In this document: positions 52,983-64,000 of the stretch, piece by piece
Layout of the letters: each line of letters starts with the position of its first letter
Numbering within the stretch: position 1 is the stretch's first letter
NCBI RefSeq assembly: GCF_023055435.1
Contig: NW_025963824.1
Span: 21,204,001-21,268,000 of the forward strand
Length of the DNA: 64,000 bases
Direction: 5' to 3'
Source of the DNA: Haliotis rufescens
Taxonomy: Eukaryota
Notes under the pieces: model-generated
Databases searched by the model: none
Seen by the model: only the letters and a program-made list of their open reading frames with translations
Told to the model about the DNA's origin: nothing
Program-made: the position numbers and the translations under genes

Positions 52983-53500
52983 CTCAGTAGTTGTGTCTGA
53001 GTTGGCCTTGGTCAGCTGGTGAACTGAAAACTGATGCAGGGTCAATAGAATCCCTCCTATTCAGTAGCTGTGTCTGAGTTGGCCTTGGTCAGCTGTTAAA
53101 CCGTAGACTGATACAGGGTTGATAGAATCCCTCCTATTCAGTAGCTGTGTCTGAGTTGGCCTTAGTCAGCTGTTAAACCGTAGACTGATACAGGGTTGAT
53201 AGAATCCCTCCTATTCAGTAGTTGTGTCTGAGTTGGCCTTAGTCAGCTGTTAAACCGTAGACTGATACAGGGTTGATAGAATCCCTCCTATTCAGTAGCT
53301 GTGTCTGAGTTGGCCTTAGTCAGCTGTTAAACCATAGACTGATACAGGGTTGATAGAATCCCTCCTATTCAGTAGTTGTGTCTGAGTTGGCCTTAGTCAG
53401 CTGTTAAACCATAGACTGATACAGGGTTGATAGAATCCCTCCTATTCAGTAGCTGTGTCTGAGTTGGCCTTGGTCAGCTGGTGAACTGTAGACTGATACA
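52983..53500. repeat. 77-bp minisatellite (~6.7 copies) ending ~15 nt before the VPS13 exon 3 acceptor
   Basis: tcagtagctgtgtctgagttggcc...gatagaatccctcctat; period 77 (53061, 53138). Confidence 0.94.
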
Positions 53501-53516
53501 TCATGTGTACTTTCAG

Positions 53517-53559
53517 GATGATCTGGACCTGCCTGTAAAGATCAAAGCTGGTCATGTTG
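53517..53559 (+). CDS. VPS13: VPS13 coding exon 3
   Basis: tttcAG / GTGAGT; DDLDLPVKIKAGHV(G). Confidence 0.93.
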
Positions 53560-54685
53560 GTGAGTAGTCTGACGTATGTACAGATCTGTTATTGGTAGGT
53601 AACCTTGTTAAAGGACTGCTAATGGCGCTCGTTCAATAGAGGTAAGTCATTGTGGCCATGTGTAACAATGGTGGTGCAATTGTATCCCCATTATGCACTG
53701 AAACCACTATAGCTGATGATTTACACAGACACCTTGGTTGTGGGTTCGTGTGTATTGACTTGACAGTGAAGACTGCCATTTGGGCAAACTGGAACTAGAG
53801 CATATTTTGTGCCTTAGACAGATGGAGGGCGAGTGACTGTACAGGATTAAAAGGAACACTTATGAGAACCAAAAGGCTTGGCTTCTCATCCTTTTTACTT
53901 TCAACTATACCTTCATTTCCCAGTAAAGTACCATTCCCTGTCCTCAACCAATTGTATAGGACCACCTGACTGAAACATCATCTGGTATCATTGATGGGGA
54001 CTACAATTAATCATCATTCTTGTCACATCAGCATATCAAAACAGTATTGACCAAGGTCACGTATGAAATTGATGTTAACTACTTGCAAGGACTTTGGAAG
54101 TTTAGATATAAGTTGTTGCTCTGTGTGACTGGAGTATGTTTACCAGTGATAAAAGGTTAAGATGACGCACAGACTTATAGCTGCAGCATGATCTTTGTTT
54201 AGAGATATTTATAGTTGTTTTGTGAAACTTTGCCTAGGGCATATGAAGACAAATTAACGTTAGAGTGAAAATCTGCATTGGATTCTTGGCCATTGCAATA
54301 AGCTGCTGTCTTCAGTAGATTGCTAATGTGCAAGCAGCATTTTGAAAACAGCCATTGCTTGGACCTGTACATTCACAACAGAACAGACTTAATAGGATTC
54401 CACGCAGTAGACATGGAATATTCATGGAGGTAGATATCTGAAGGAACTCAGTATTGATTTCACATTGTTTGTGAGAGATGCTGAATGTGGTGCGTGACAT
54501 ATGCATTACATTTGATGTCTGGGTGACACCTACATGTGTGGCCAGGCATGCTCCAAGTCCCTGGTGTGTGGTGTTACACCTACTGGAGGTGGTGAAGCAG
54601 CAGACTATCTTCAAGTAGGCTGGTGGCTGAAGAAACTGACTCTTGATGTTGAGAATCTCTCTTGTTGTTGGTGCTGGCATCCTTG

Positions 54686-55169
54686 TAGGGGTGTCACGAT
54701 AAATCGAAATATCGATATATTGCTATTGGGAAGCACTTAAAGTCAATAAATCGATTGTTAAATCAGTTTCTGATCAATAGTATCGATTTCAGTTAGGAAT
54801 ATCGATAGTTTCGATTGTATTAAATATATCAATAAAATACATGCAATGCTTTACAAATTTGTTTTTCTTTTGATCATGAGTGGTAGTTATTTACACATCA
54901 AGTTTCTTTTTCTTAAATTATTAGGGTAAAGAAAAAACAAATCAGTCATATCCCAAACTTTACTTTGTATTTGTTGTTATGGTTATCACATTCAAAGGAA
55001 ACTTCAGTTCCAAGATTTAATTCAACTCTAAAATCCATCTAAAATGATACACTGAAAACTATCGATATTTATCGCAATAGTTACTTGCAATATCAATAGT
55101 TATCGCAATAGTTTCTTTCAATATCATTAGTTATCGCAATAGTGATTTCCAGACCAATTATCACCCCTA
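54686..55169. mobile_element. hAT-type MITE
   Basis: taggggtg...caccccta termini, perfect 8-bp TSD catccttg, subterminal atcg repeats. Confidence 0.88.
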
Positions 55170-56196
55170 CATCCTTGTATTCCAGACTCTTCTTGTGTCA
55201 TGTCATCATGGTCATAGGCCCGAATGGGTGTTGTAAAATTTATACATATTTTATGTTAGCTCATTAAAAAAAATATGTGATCAAATCAAGTAATGTGTAT
55301 AAAGTTCCAAACAAGGCAGATGGCTTAGTTAAAATGTTGAGAGTATGACGTTTTATAAATAAAAATTTGGCACATCTGAAATCATATTACCTAATTTTTA
55401 GGAAATTATGAAAACTACCCTCCCTTTGGTTCTGTTCTGCTATAAAATTGTTCAGTTTTCTGGTTGCCCATAGTCCAGTCCCAGACAAATTCTGCAATTC
55501 TGTGATCACGGAAAGATTGGTAGAAAATGTAACTTACCTAAGAATTGCAGAAAAGTCACGGAATTTGCCTTTATCAATCAATACACTACTTTTCATCATT
55601 ATCATGATTTTCTTGCTTTTCTATCAATTTTGCAATCAAATGATGACCAATAGTTTAACATGCCATTCAAACATACATGATATTACTTTTACAATAAAAC
55701 AAATCCTGAATGTTCTTGTATTACAACATAAACTATATTTTCATCTAACCATGCTAACCACTCTGCATATGTAGTAACTATTTGCATAATGTTTGTCTTG
55801 AAATGTCTAAATACCAGGGTAATATAGGAATGTGTGCCATCTCTCCGTCCATCGCATTTTGTTTCCAAAGCATAATTCAAAGACTGTTTGATATTTCTAG
55901 ATCAACCTTTGTACAGATATCAGTCTGGGTATGAAGTAGTGCCTTTTGCTGTTCAGTAATTTTTGAAATATTTCCAGTTCAAATGAGAAATTGGGCTGAG
56001 GTACAAAGTGGTGCCTTTTGCTATTTAGCAATTTATATAATATTCCAAGTTTACGTTGAGAGGATAACAGTAGCAGTGAGCTAGCAGCATAATAATGAGT
56101 GTGTGAATCTGTGCCACTGACTCTTGTGAACAAGTCCCCAGGTGGCTGTTGTGCTCACGGGTTTATGTACATTACATTGTAATTTTCTCATTCCAG

Positions 56197-56292
56197 GAAA
56201 GTTGACATTAAAAATTCCCTGGAAGAATTTGTACACAGAGCCAGTGATAGCTCAGTTGGATGGAATCTATGCATTGGCAGTTCCCAATGCAG
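56197..56292 (+). CDS. VPS13: VPS13 coding exon 4
   Basis: ttccAG / GTGAGT; [31 protein letters not shown]. Confidence 0.95.
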
Positions 56293-56330
56293 GTGAGTGA
56301 GACTGAGGTCATTTAGCCATTTAAGTGTTA

Positions 56331-57169
56331 CCGTATATCGCTGTGTATAAGGCGAGTTTTTCGTACCTAAAATGAGGGGGTTAAGAAGGGGGGTCGTCTT
56401 ATACACGGAGTCGAAGATCTCACATTTTTTTCCACTGGCGATGTCAACCGGCGTCCGATAGCCAGCCCAGCATTTGACAATAAAACTTCGCATTTCAACT
56501 AAATAACTGTTCCAATAACTATTTCCATACATAAACATGATTTGTATCTCTTTTCCTTGAATAAAGTTTAATAATTTCTGCAAATAAAGTTGAAATGACC
56601 CTCGCCTCGATGCAGATTGTCAAACCACCTGACACGGTAAAACAATCAACATCCGTGAGTAGAGAGCCGGAAGTACCGGTAAGCATTTGCATATTGCACA
56701 TGTGACCTAACATGTGATAACCGGTGAAGCTGAAATCAATTCCCGCTGTTTTTACAGTTGTATTAACAAGTGTTGGAGACAGTGTGTACAAGTGATTGTG
56801 GAATAAACGCGCTGAATGTGAAGCAAACATAAGCCTAGTTAGTTACAACATAGTTAATTGGCGATTAAATTACTCACCATTGTCTCTTATATGTTATTAC
56901 TTCATAAATGAATTTTATTTTACGGGCACCAATTTGGTGTCGTACCGTGTAAACACAAAATGGCGACGTGTGCTGGACCTATCATTGTAGAAAAAAAACC
57001 GCAAGATAAACATATTTTTATTGCATATATAAGGTTTGTGTGCACACTTGTGATGTGCTTCATTCCAGGTCGCCTTATACACGGAGTATAGGATTTTGGG
57101 TTGATTTTGAAGGCGTGTACAGGGGGGTCGTCTTATACGTGGGGTCGCCTTATACACAGCGATATACGG
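56331..57169. mobile_element. Tc1/pogo-type MITE
   Basis: TIR ccgtatatcgctgtgtataaggcga / tcgccttatacacagcgatatacgg, TA TSD. Confidence 0.88.
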
Positions 57170-57508
57170 TAACAGAAATATATGTTCTCAGAGGTAAGAC
57201 TGACTTTTAGTGTATTTGGATTGTTATTAGACACACAATGACAAATACTTCTTTGGGTTTAAAAAACCCATGAAACATGGATATAATCATGATAATGGCT
57301 CTGAATCCGAGATGGGAAACGTGACAACATGCAGGATTTTATCAACTCCAGCAAATGAGAGGATGGTGCGGACAGTCTTAGAAAATGATTTCTATGATTA
57401 AACTTCAGGGAAGGTTTTTGTTATATGATAATCTGCCATAGATCATAGTATACACCAATATCTGCCCCATATGTGGAATCTGCCGTAGATCCGATAATCT
57501 GTCACGGA

Positions 57509-58649
57509 CAGGGGTCCGGAAACCGTCATATGCGCCGGACATGTCCGATTGGGAATCTCAAATGTCCGTTTTAAAATATTGCTTACCGGACATTTTAAAA
57601 AGTATTGTCCGGAGATTCTTAAATTTTGACCGGACATGATCAACAGTTAGGACTGAGCAGTTTCTGTCTGCAGTTGCAACACAATGAAGATTAACTACAC
57701 TGACAAGCTTTGTTTGTTTTGATTGCTGTAAATACATCGTACCTACATGATAGTCCAATCGGTCAATCACTGTAATAGGCAATAAACTGAGTTGACACTG
57801 ATTAATCGAGGATTAATTACTGAGAACATCTTGTTAATTTGAGTGAAAGGTGTTTACAACTGTACATTAATACCTTGCATCATCGATGTACCTCATTATC
57901 CTCACAATGCTACGATACGTAACCTCAGACAAGAAGCGAAAGCGTGACGACAGCCAGTCGACCGATGCAGATCAGTCGAGCGGATCTGCCAAACCCTCAA
58001 AGTCTGGACGATCATTTTGTAAGTCGTGGCTAACGACTTTCACTTGGTTGACATACAATGAGGATTTGCAGATTTTATTTTTTTTCAGTAGCTAGTCGTA
58101 TATTGAATCTTGATTGACTGCCATTTTGCTTTCTCGGACGATCGATATCCAATTTTTTTATGGTCAATAATTAAGTACAGATGAAAAAAGTATTCAAATA
58201 ACTATTGCTATCAAGGATATTTTAGTATTTGTGATTAAATTATCTGTCTTGTTTTTAAAAAAATCTTTAGTTTAAAAAAAAACTTTCCCCGTGAGGTCAC
58301 GTGATAACCAAATATGGGATAATAGTCTCGATCCAAATGTTACAACGCGTACACTTGAGCAGACTCATGAATATAACTCATGAATATTAATTAGACCGTT
58401 CTCTACGTTAACAGATCGTTATTATAACAGAAACAAACATATATTTTCCATGTAAATCTAAAATGATATTATTTGTTATTAATTGTCCAGTGAATTAAAC
58501 AATTTAAATTGAAACAATTCATAATTCATCATATTATGAATATGTAAACTTTTAATGTGTGTGAAAAGTCGTACTAAAATACGCTATTTGAAGGGGGCGT
58601 GGCCTAAATGCAAATGTCCGATTGGGATTTTAAATTTTCCGGACCCCTG
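57509..58649 (+). mobile_element. Non-autonomous hAT element retaining the transposase N-terminus
   Basis: TIR caggggtccggaaa / tttccggacccctg, 8-bp TSD gtcacgga; ORF with KKRKR...RSFCKSWLTTFTWLTY (start of a TTF-type zinc finger). Confidence 0.9.
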
Positions 58650-58699
58650 GTCACGGATCAGAGTTCTACATATATATATATATATATATATGCATTGGC

Positions 58700-59059
58700 A
58701 TGTGTGTCTAGTGGTAGAGCATCCACACGGAGAGCGGAAGGTCTGGGGTTCGATCCCCGGCCGCGTCATACCAAAAGACGTTAAAAGATGGTACTTGTTG
58801 TTACCCAATCTGGCGCTCAGCATTAAGGGGCTGAAACAAGGACTGGTCGGCTCGGAGTCAGTATACTGTGTCTGAGTGGGGTATTCATGTTATACTACGG
58901 CATGGTATCTCAGTGTGCTAGCACTATAAATCGGACTAGTACAAGCAGCCACACACACACACACACACATACGTGCATTCACGTCTCTATATGAGTCCAA
59001 TAATCTTGGACGCAACATTAAACCCCATTTCACCTCGCCTCACTTCACCTCACATCACC
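58700..59059 (+). mobile_element. tRNA-derived SINE, third copy
   Basis: gtctagtggtagagc...ggttcgatcccc...(cacct)n; matches 6887-7230. Confidence 0.88.
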
Positions 59060-59077
59060 CATTACCCAAAATAGGTG

Positions 59078-59599
59078 ATAGCACAACACAGAAAAGGTCA
59101 CACAGTTGTAGTACTATTGTTGTGTTGTAGGCATCAAATACAACACAGAAAAGATCACACAGTTGTATTACTATTGTTGTTTTGTAGGCATCAAGTACAA
59201 CACAGAAAAGATCACACAGTTGTATTACTATTGTTGTGTTGTAGGCATCAAGCACAACACAGAAAAGGTCACACAGTTGTAGTACTATTGTTGTGTTGTA
59301 GGCATCAGGTACAACACAGAAAAGGTCACACAGTTGTAGTACTATTGTTGTATTGTAGGCATCAAGTACAACACAGAAAAGGTCACACAGTTGTAGTACT
59401 ATTGTTGTGTTGTAGGCATCAAGTACAACACAGAAAAGGTCACACAGTTGTAGTACTATTGTTGTGTTGTAGGCATCAAGTACAACACAGAAAAGGTCAC
59501 ACAGTTGTAGTACTATTGTTGTGTTGTAGGCATCAGGTACAACACAGAAAAGGTCACACAGTTGTAGTACTATTGTTGTGTTGTAGGCATCAAGTACAA
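59078..59599 (+). repeat. 57-bp minisatellite (9 copies) whose unit spans the VPS13 intron 4/exon 5 acceptor
   Basis: cacagaaaaggtcacacagttgtagtactattgttgtgttgtAG|gcatcaagtacaa; the last unit runs into exon 5. Confidence 0.95.
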
Positions 59600-59688
59600 T
59601 GCGGAGAAAGAGGAGAAGGCGAAGCAGGAGGCGAAGCAAAAGAAGTTGAAGCAGATTGAGGAGAGGAAGAAGGCTGAGGCTGACAAGG
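59587..59688 (+). CDS. VPS13: VPS13 coding exon 5
   Basis: ttgtAG / GTGAGT; (G)IKYNAEKEEKAKQEAKQKKLKQIEERKKAEADK. Confidence 0.92.
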
Positions 59689-59943
59689 GTGAGTCAGCAC
59701 CTCATTACTGTGTGGTGGCACATCCTCACAGCCTGATAGCTTCATGACTTGTTGTTGAAGAACTAGAATCAAAGTTGTGCCAGGCCCCAGTTAATAAGTT
59801 ATGGATCGAACGTATGACCTTATGATACCCATGCTTTGGACAATTCTAGGGGTGATGATATTACAAAGTCACATCTTAGTACTGGCCAGTTACCACATTG
59901 AAAGCAAGCCTATTTGTCATAACCAAAAGACTTATCGTTTCAG

Positions 59944-60113
59944 ACAAACCTAAGGAAGAAAAGCCAGACACGTTTGTGGAGAAAATGGCAACTCAGGTGA
60001 TTAAGAACCTGCAGATAAAGGTGAACAACATCCACGTGAGATATGAGGACCGTTTTACAAATCCCAAGCGTCCGTTTGCCATCGGCATCACTCTCCAGGA
60101 ACTGCTGTTTCAG
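59944..60113 (+). CDS. VPS13: VPS13 coding exon 6
   Basis: tttcAG / GTAGCT; DTFVEKMATQVIKNLQIKVNNIHVRYED...PFAIGITLQELLFQ. Confidence 0.95.
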
Positions 60114-60339
60114 GTAGCTATATAAGATAGTGTTCATTGTGCAGATTGATAGTCCTACAGTTATACTTATCCTGTATTGTCACACATTGAAATGACTTTC
60201 AGATATATTATTATACATTGAGATTGTCAATGAACATCCCTGTTTTGGGTAGAGTTATGTATACGGTGTAGTGTGTCCTGAAAAACCTGTATCAAACAGT
60301 ACTGGTGAATACAAGTGACGTTAGAACATAGTTGTGTCA

Positions 60340-61222
60340 AAGACAGTGCAGACTCGCCTCAGCTGATTCCATCAGGATAAGTCCATACTGCCCTCAGCTG
60401 GTTCCATCAGGATCAGTGCAGACTGCCTTCAGCTGGTTCCATCAGGATCAGTGCAGACTGCCTTCAGATGGTTCCATCAGAATCAGGTTCATCTGGTTCC
60501 ACCAGGATCAGTGCACTGACCCTGACACAACTGTCTGACAGATGTCTACACTGACCCTGACACAACTATCTGACAGATGTCTGTTCCAACCCTGACAGAA
60601 CTATCTGACAGATGTATACACTGACCCTGACACAACTATCTGACATATGTCTACACTGACCCTGACACAACTATCTGACATATGTCTGCACTGACCCTGA
60701 CACAACTATCTGACAGATGTCTACACTGACCCTGACACAACTATCTGACAGATGTATACACTGACCCTGACACAACTATCTGACAGATGTCTACACTGAC
60801 CCTGACACAGCTATCTGACATATGTCTACACTGACCCTGACACAACTATCTGACATATGTATACACTGACCCTGACACAACTATCTGACAGATGTCTGCT
60901 CTGATCCTGACAACTATCTGACATATGTCTGCTCTGATCCTGACACAACTATCTGACAGATGTCTGCACTGACCCTGACAACTATCTGACAGATGTATAC
61001 ACTGACCCTGACACAACTATCTGACAGATGTCTGCACTGACCCTGACACAACTATCTGACAGATGTCTACACTGACCCTGACACAACTATCTGACAGATG
61101 TATACACTGACCCTGACACAACTATCTGACAGATGTCTACACTGACCCTGACACAACTATCTGACAGATGTCTGCTCTGATCCTGACAACTATCTGACAT
61201 ATGTCTGCTCTGATCCTGACAA
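60340..61222. repeat. Two abutting ~35-bp minisatellites
   Basis: cagtgcagactgccttcagctggttccatcaggat (60340-60513), then cactgaccctgacacaactatctgacagatgtcta (60514-61222). Confidence 0.92.
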
Positions 61223-61603
61223 CCCGGGGCAACAATAGTGATGAGACACAACACACACGGAAGACTAGTGTTGTTGTACAAGACCAGAACCAGTTGAGAT
61301 ATTATACTGTCTGAAATTGCCTGTTGTTGTTCAAAGGTTTGGATATGTATTGATAAAATTTGGAAAAATGATGATATATCAGTGAAAGGGACATTCATCT
61401 TATGTCCCTCTTTCCCAGAAGATTATTTTTACTTATAAAATTGAATGAGTAGTTGCCATGTTTGTATTGTTGTACTAATTTTACAAGGACACATAATTTT
61501 GCAAGTCGGCTATATTACTGATACTATTGTAGTACATTTTTGAACTGTGCATCTGTATATCATTACTTCACAAGTTCTAACGTGTTATGTTGGGTTTCTT
61601 CAG

Positions 61604-61663
61604 ACCACAGATGAGTCTTGGCAGCCATGTGTCATCAAGGATGCTGTGACCCAAATCTTCAAG
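61604..61663 (+). CDS. VPS13: VPS13 coding exon 7
   Basis: cttcAG / GTATG; TTDESWQPCVIKDAVTQIFK. Confidence 0.92.
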
Positions 61664-61955
61664 GTATGAGGGGATGAGGAGGACATGTATGTCAGTACTG
61701 GGGGGATGGGGAGGACATGTATGTGTATGTCAGTACTGGGGGGATTGGGAGGACATATGTGTGTCAGTACTGGGGTTAGGGGAAGGACATGTATGTCAGT
61801 ACTGGGGGGAAGGGTAGGACATGTGTGTCAGTACTGGGGTTAGGGGGAGGACATGTATGTCAGTACTGGGGGGAAGGGTAGGACATGTGTGTCAGTACTG
61901 GGGTTAGGGGGAGGACATGTATGTCAGTACTGCAGGAGGAGGACATGTCAGTAGT
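61664..61955 (+). repeat. G-rich ~32-bp minisatellite starting at the VPS13 exon 7 donor
   Basis: gtatgtcagtactggggg...ggaggacat units fill most of intron 7. Confidence 0.88.
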
Positions 61956-62025
61956 ATGAGGATACACTTGTTGAAATAATGGTGTCGACTGGGGATGTGT
62001 TTAGTAATCTCTGTGTGTGTTTCAG

Positions 62026-62106
62026 CTGATCCGCCTGGACTCGCTGGGTGTGTACTGGGACAGTTGCACCAAGATGTACGACAGTCTTCCCAAGGAGGAC
62101 ATTCTG
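62026..62106 (+). CDS. VPS13: VPS13 coding exon 8
   Basis: tttcAG / GTAGG; LIRLDSLGVYWDSCTKMYDSLPKEDIL. Confidence 0.92.
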
Positions 62107-62302
62107 GTAGGTGAACCTACTGACTTCATCACTAGGGGTAGAGTGTCATTAGCTGCCTCAGTTTGCTGTTAGTGAAGGTCTAAAAATCTGCATCCCGTTG
62201 TCCTTTCTACCACACCGTGATGTAACTGATTCAGCAGCATTAATCCAAACCCAATAATTCTTGATTGGAAGTTTAATGCTATTATAATGGTGTTGTTTTC
62301 AG

Positions 62303-62357
62303 AATACCCTGAAATCCAATATTGCTGCACAGAATGCCCAGACAGATTACCAGTACT
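62303..62357 (+). CDS. VPS13: VPS13 coding exon 9 (gene continues beyond the window)
   Basis: tttcAG / GTAAGT; NTLKSNIAAQNAQTDYQY. Confidence 0.85.
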
Positions 62358-62547
62358 GTAAGTATCCTGTGTACAAGGGGATCAGTCTGCAAATTTAGCC
62401 ACAAGTCTGAAGCTGGAACCTACTGTCATTTTGTTTGGTCTAGTATGCTCAGCTAGTACATAACATAACGCTAAATTCTACTGACAATGATGCAAAGATT
62501 CAAGTACATGCTAATGGACTTAAAATGAGGTAAAATGTTGTACCTCT

Positions 62548-64000
62548 CTAACTGATGTGGAGGCAGGAGGGTTTTCACTGGGGTGAGATCTACCTGTCTA
62601 AATGATGTATAGGCAGGAGGGTGTTCACTGGGGTGAGATCTACCTGTCTAACTGATGTATAGGCAGGAGGGTGTTCACTGGGGTGAGATCTTCCTGTCTA
62701 ACTGATGTATAGGCAGGAGGGTGTTCACTGGGGATGAGATCTACCTGTCTAACTGATGTATAGGCAGGAGGGTGTTCACTGGGGTGAGATCTTCCTGTCT
62801 AACTGATGTATAGGCAGGAGGGTGTTCACTGGGGTGAGATCTTCCTGTCTAAATGATGTATAGGCAGGAGGGTGTTCACTGGGGTGAGATCTACCTGTCT
62901 AACTGATGTATAGGCAGGAGGGTGTTCACTGGGGTGAGATCTACCTGTCTAACTGATGTATAGGCAGGAGGGTGTTCACTGGGGTGAGATCTACCTGTCT
63001 AACTGATGTGGAGGCAGGAGGGTGTTCACTGGGGTGAGGCCTAACTGCTGTGGAGGTAGGAGGGTGTTCACTGGGGATGAGATGTTGTACCTAACTGCTT
63101 TGGAGGCAGGAGGGTGTTCAATGGTATGAGATGTTGTACCTAACTGCTGTAGAGGTAGGAGGGTGTTCACTGGTATGAGATGTAGCTAACTGCTGTAGAG
63201 GTAGGAGGGTGTTCACTGGGGATGAGATGTTGTACCTAAATGCTTTGAAGGTAGGAGGGTGTTCACTGGGGATAAGATCTACCTGTCTAACTGCTGTAGA
63301 GGTAGGGGGGTGTTCACTGGGGATGATATGTTGTACCTCACTGCTGTGGAGGTAGGAGGGTGTTCACTGGGGATGAGATCTACCTGTCTAACTGCTGTGG
63401 AGGTAGGAGGATGTTCACTGGGGATGAGATGTTGTACCTAACTGCTGTGAAGGTAGGAGGGTGTTTACTGGGGATGATATGTACCTGTCTAACTGCTGTG
63501 GAGGTAGGAGGGTGTTCATTGGGGATGAGATGTTGTACCTAACTGATGTGGAGATAGGAGGGTGTTCACTGGGGTGATATGTACCTGTCTAACTGATGTG
63601 GAGGTAGGAGGGTGTTCACTGGGGATGAGATGTTGTACCTTACTGCTGTGGAGGTAGGAGGGTGTTCACTGGGGATGAGATGTTGTAGCTAACTGCTGTG
63701 GAGGTAGGAGGGTGTTCACTGGGGTGATATGTACCTGTCTAACTGATGTGGAGGTAGGAGGGTGTTCACTGGGGATGAGATGTACCTAACTGATGTGGAG
63801 TTAGGAGCGTGTTCACTGGGGATGAGATGTTGTAGCTAACTGCTGTGGAGGTAGGAGGGTGTTCACTGGGGTGATATGTACCTGTCTAACTGATGTGGAG
63901 GTAGGAGGGTGTTCACTGGGGATGAGCTGTTGTACCTAACTGCTGTGGAGGTAGGAGGGTGTTCACTGGGGATGAGATGTTGTAGCTAACTGCTGTGGAG
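62548..64000. repeat. ~50-bp G-rich minisatellite, runs off the window end
   Basis: ctaactgatgtataggcaggagggtgttcactggggtgagatctacctgt; period 50 (62821, 62871). Confidence 0.94.

Noticed and set aside
1327-64000. Tandem arrays as CRISPR-like repeat-spacer loci
   Set aside because: Units are repeated end to end with no unique spacers, there are no cas genes, and the context is eukaryotic.

Overview
Eukaryotic (metazoan) genomic DNA, not prokaryotic. The SINE, LINE and satellite repertoire suggests a mollusc, possibly a gastropod such as Haliotis; this is an inference only. Two spliced host genes lie on the + strand: the last two coding exons of a GPATCH4 orthologue (1293-4394) and the first nine coding exons of a VPS13A/C-type lipid-transfer gene (33571-62357, continuing past the window, with a 19-kb first intron). 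Between them is a ~26-kb graveyard of mobile DNA: a full-length but frameshifted I-group (Nimb-like) LINE with a 10-bp TSD inside a 23-bp satellite, three Tc1 copies, a Ginger2/KRBA2-type integrase element with long TIRs, a decayed Maverick/Polinton pPolB with neighbouring decayed ORFs, DIRS and Gypsy fragments, SINEs and MITEs. About a dozen tandem arrays (23-90 bp units) explain nearly all long ORFs in the track. The most notable observations are (i) tandem arrays whose unit straddles a real exon-intron junction (about 30 copies of a GPATCH4 donor; 9 copies of a VPS13 acceptor), (ii) a pseudoknot-forming motif with compensatory changes shared by the LINE 5' end and a SINE-like family, and (iii) a mirror-symmetric satellite/Tc1 arrangement around the Maverick remnant. 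All calls were made by eye; no database searches were run.
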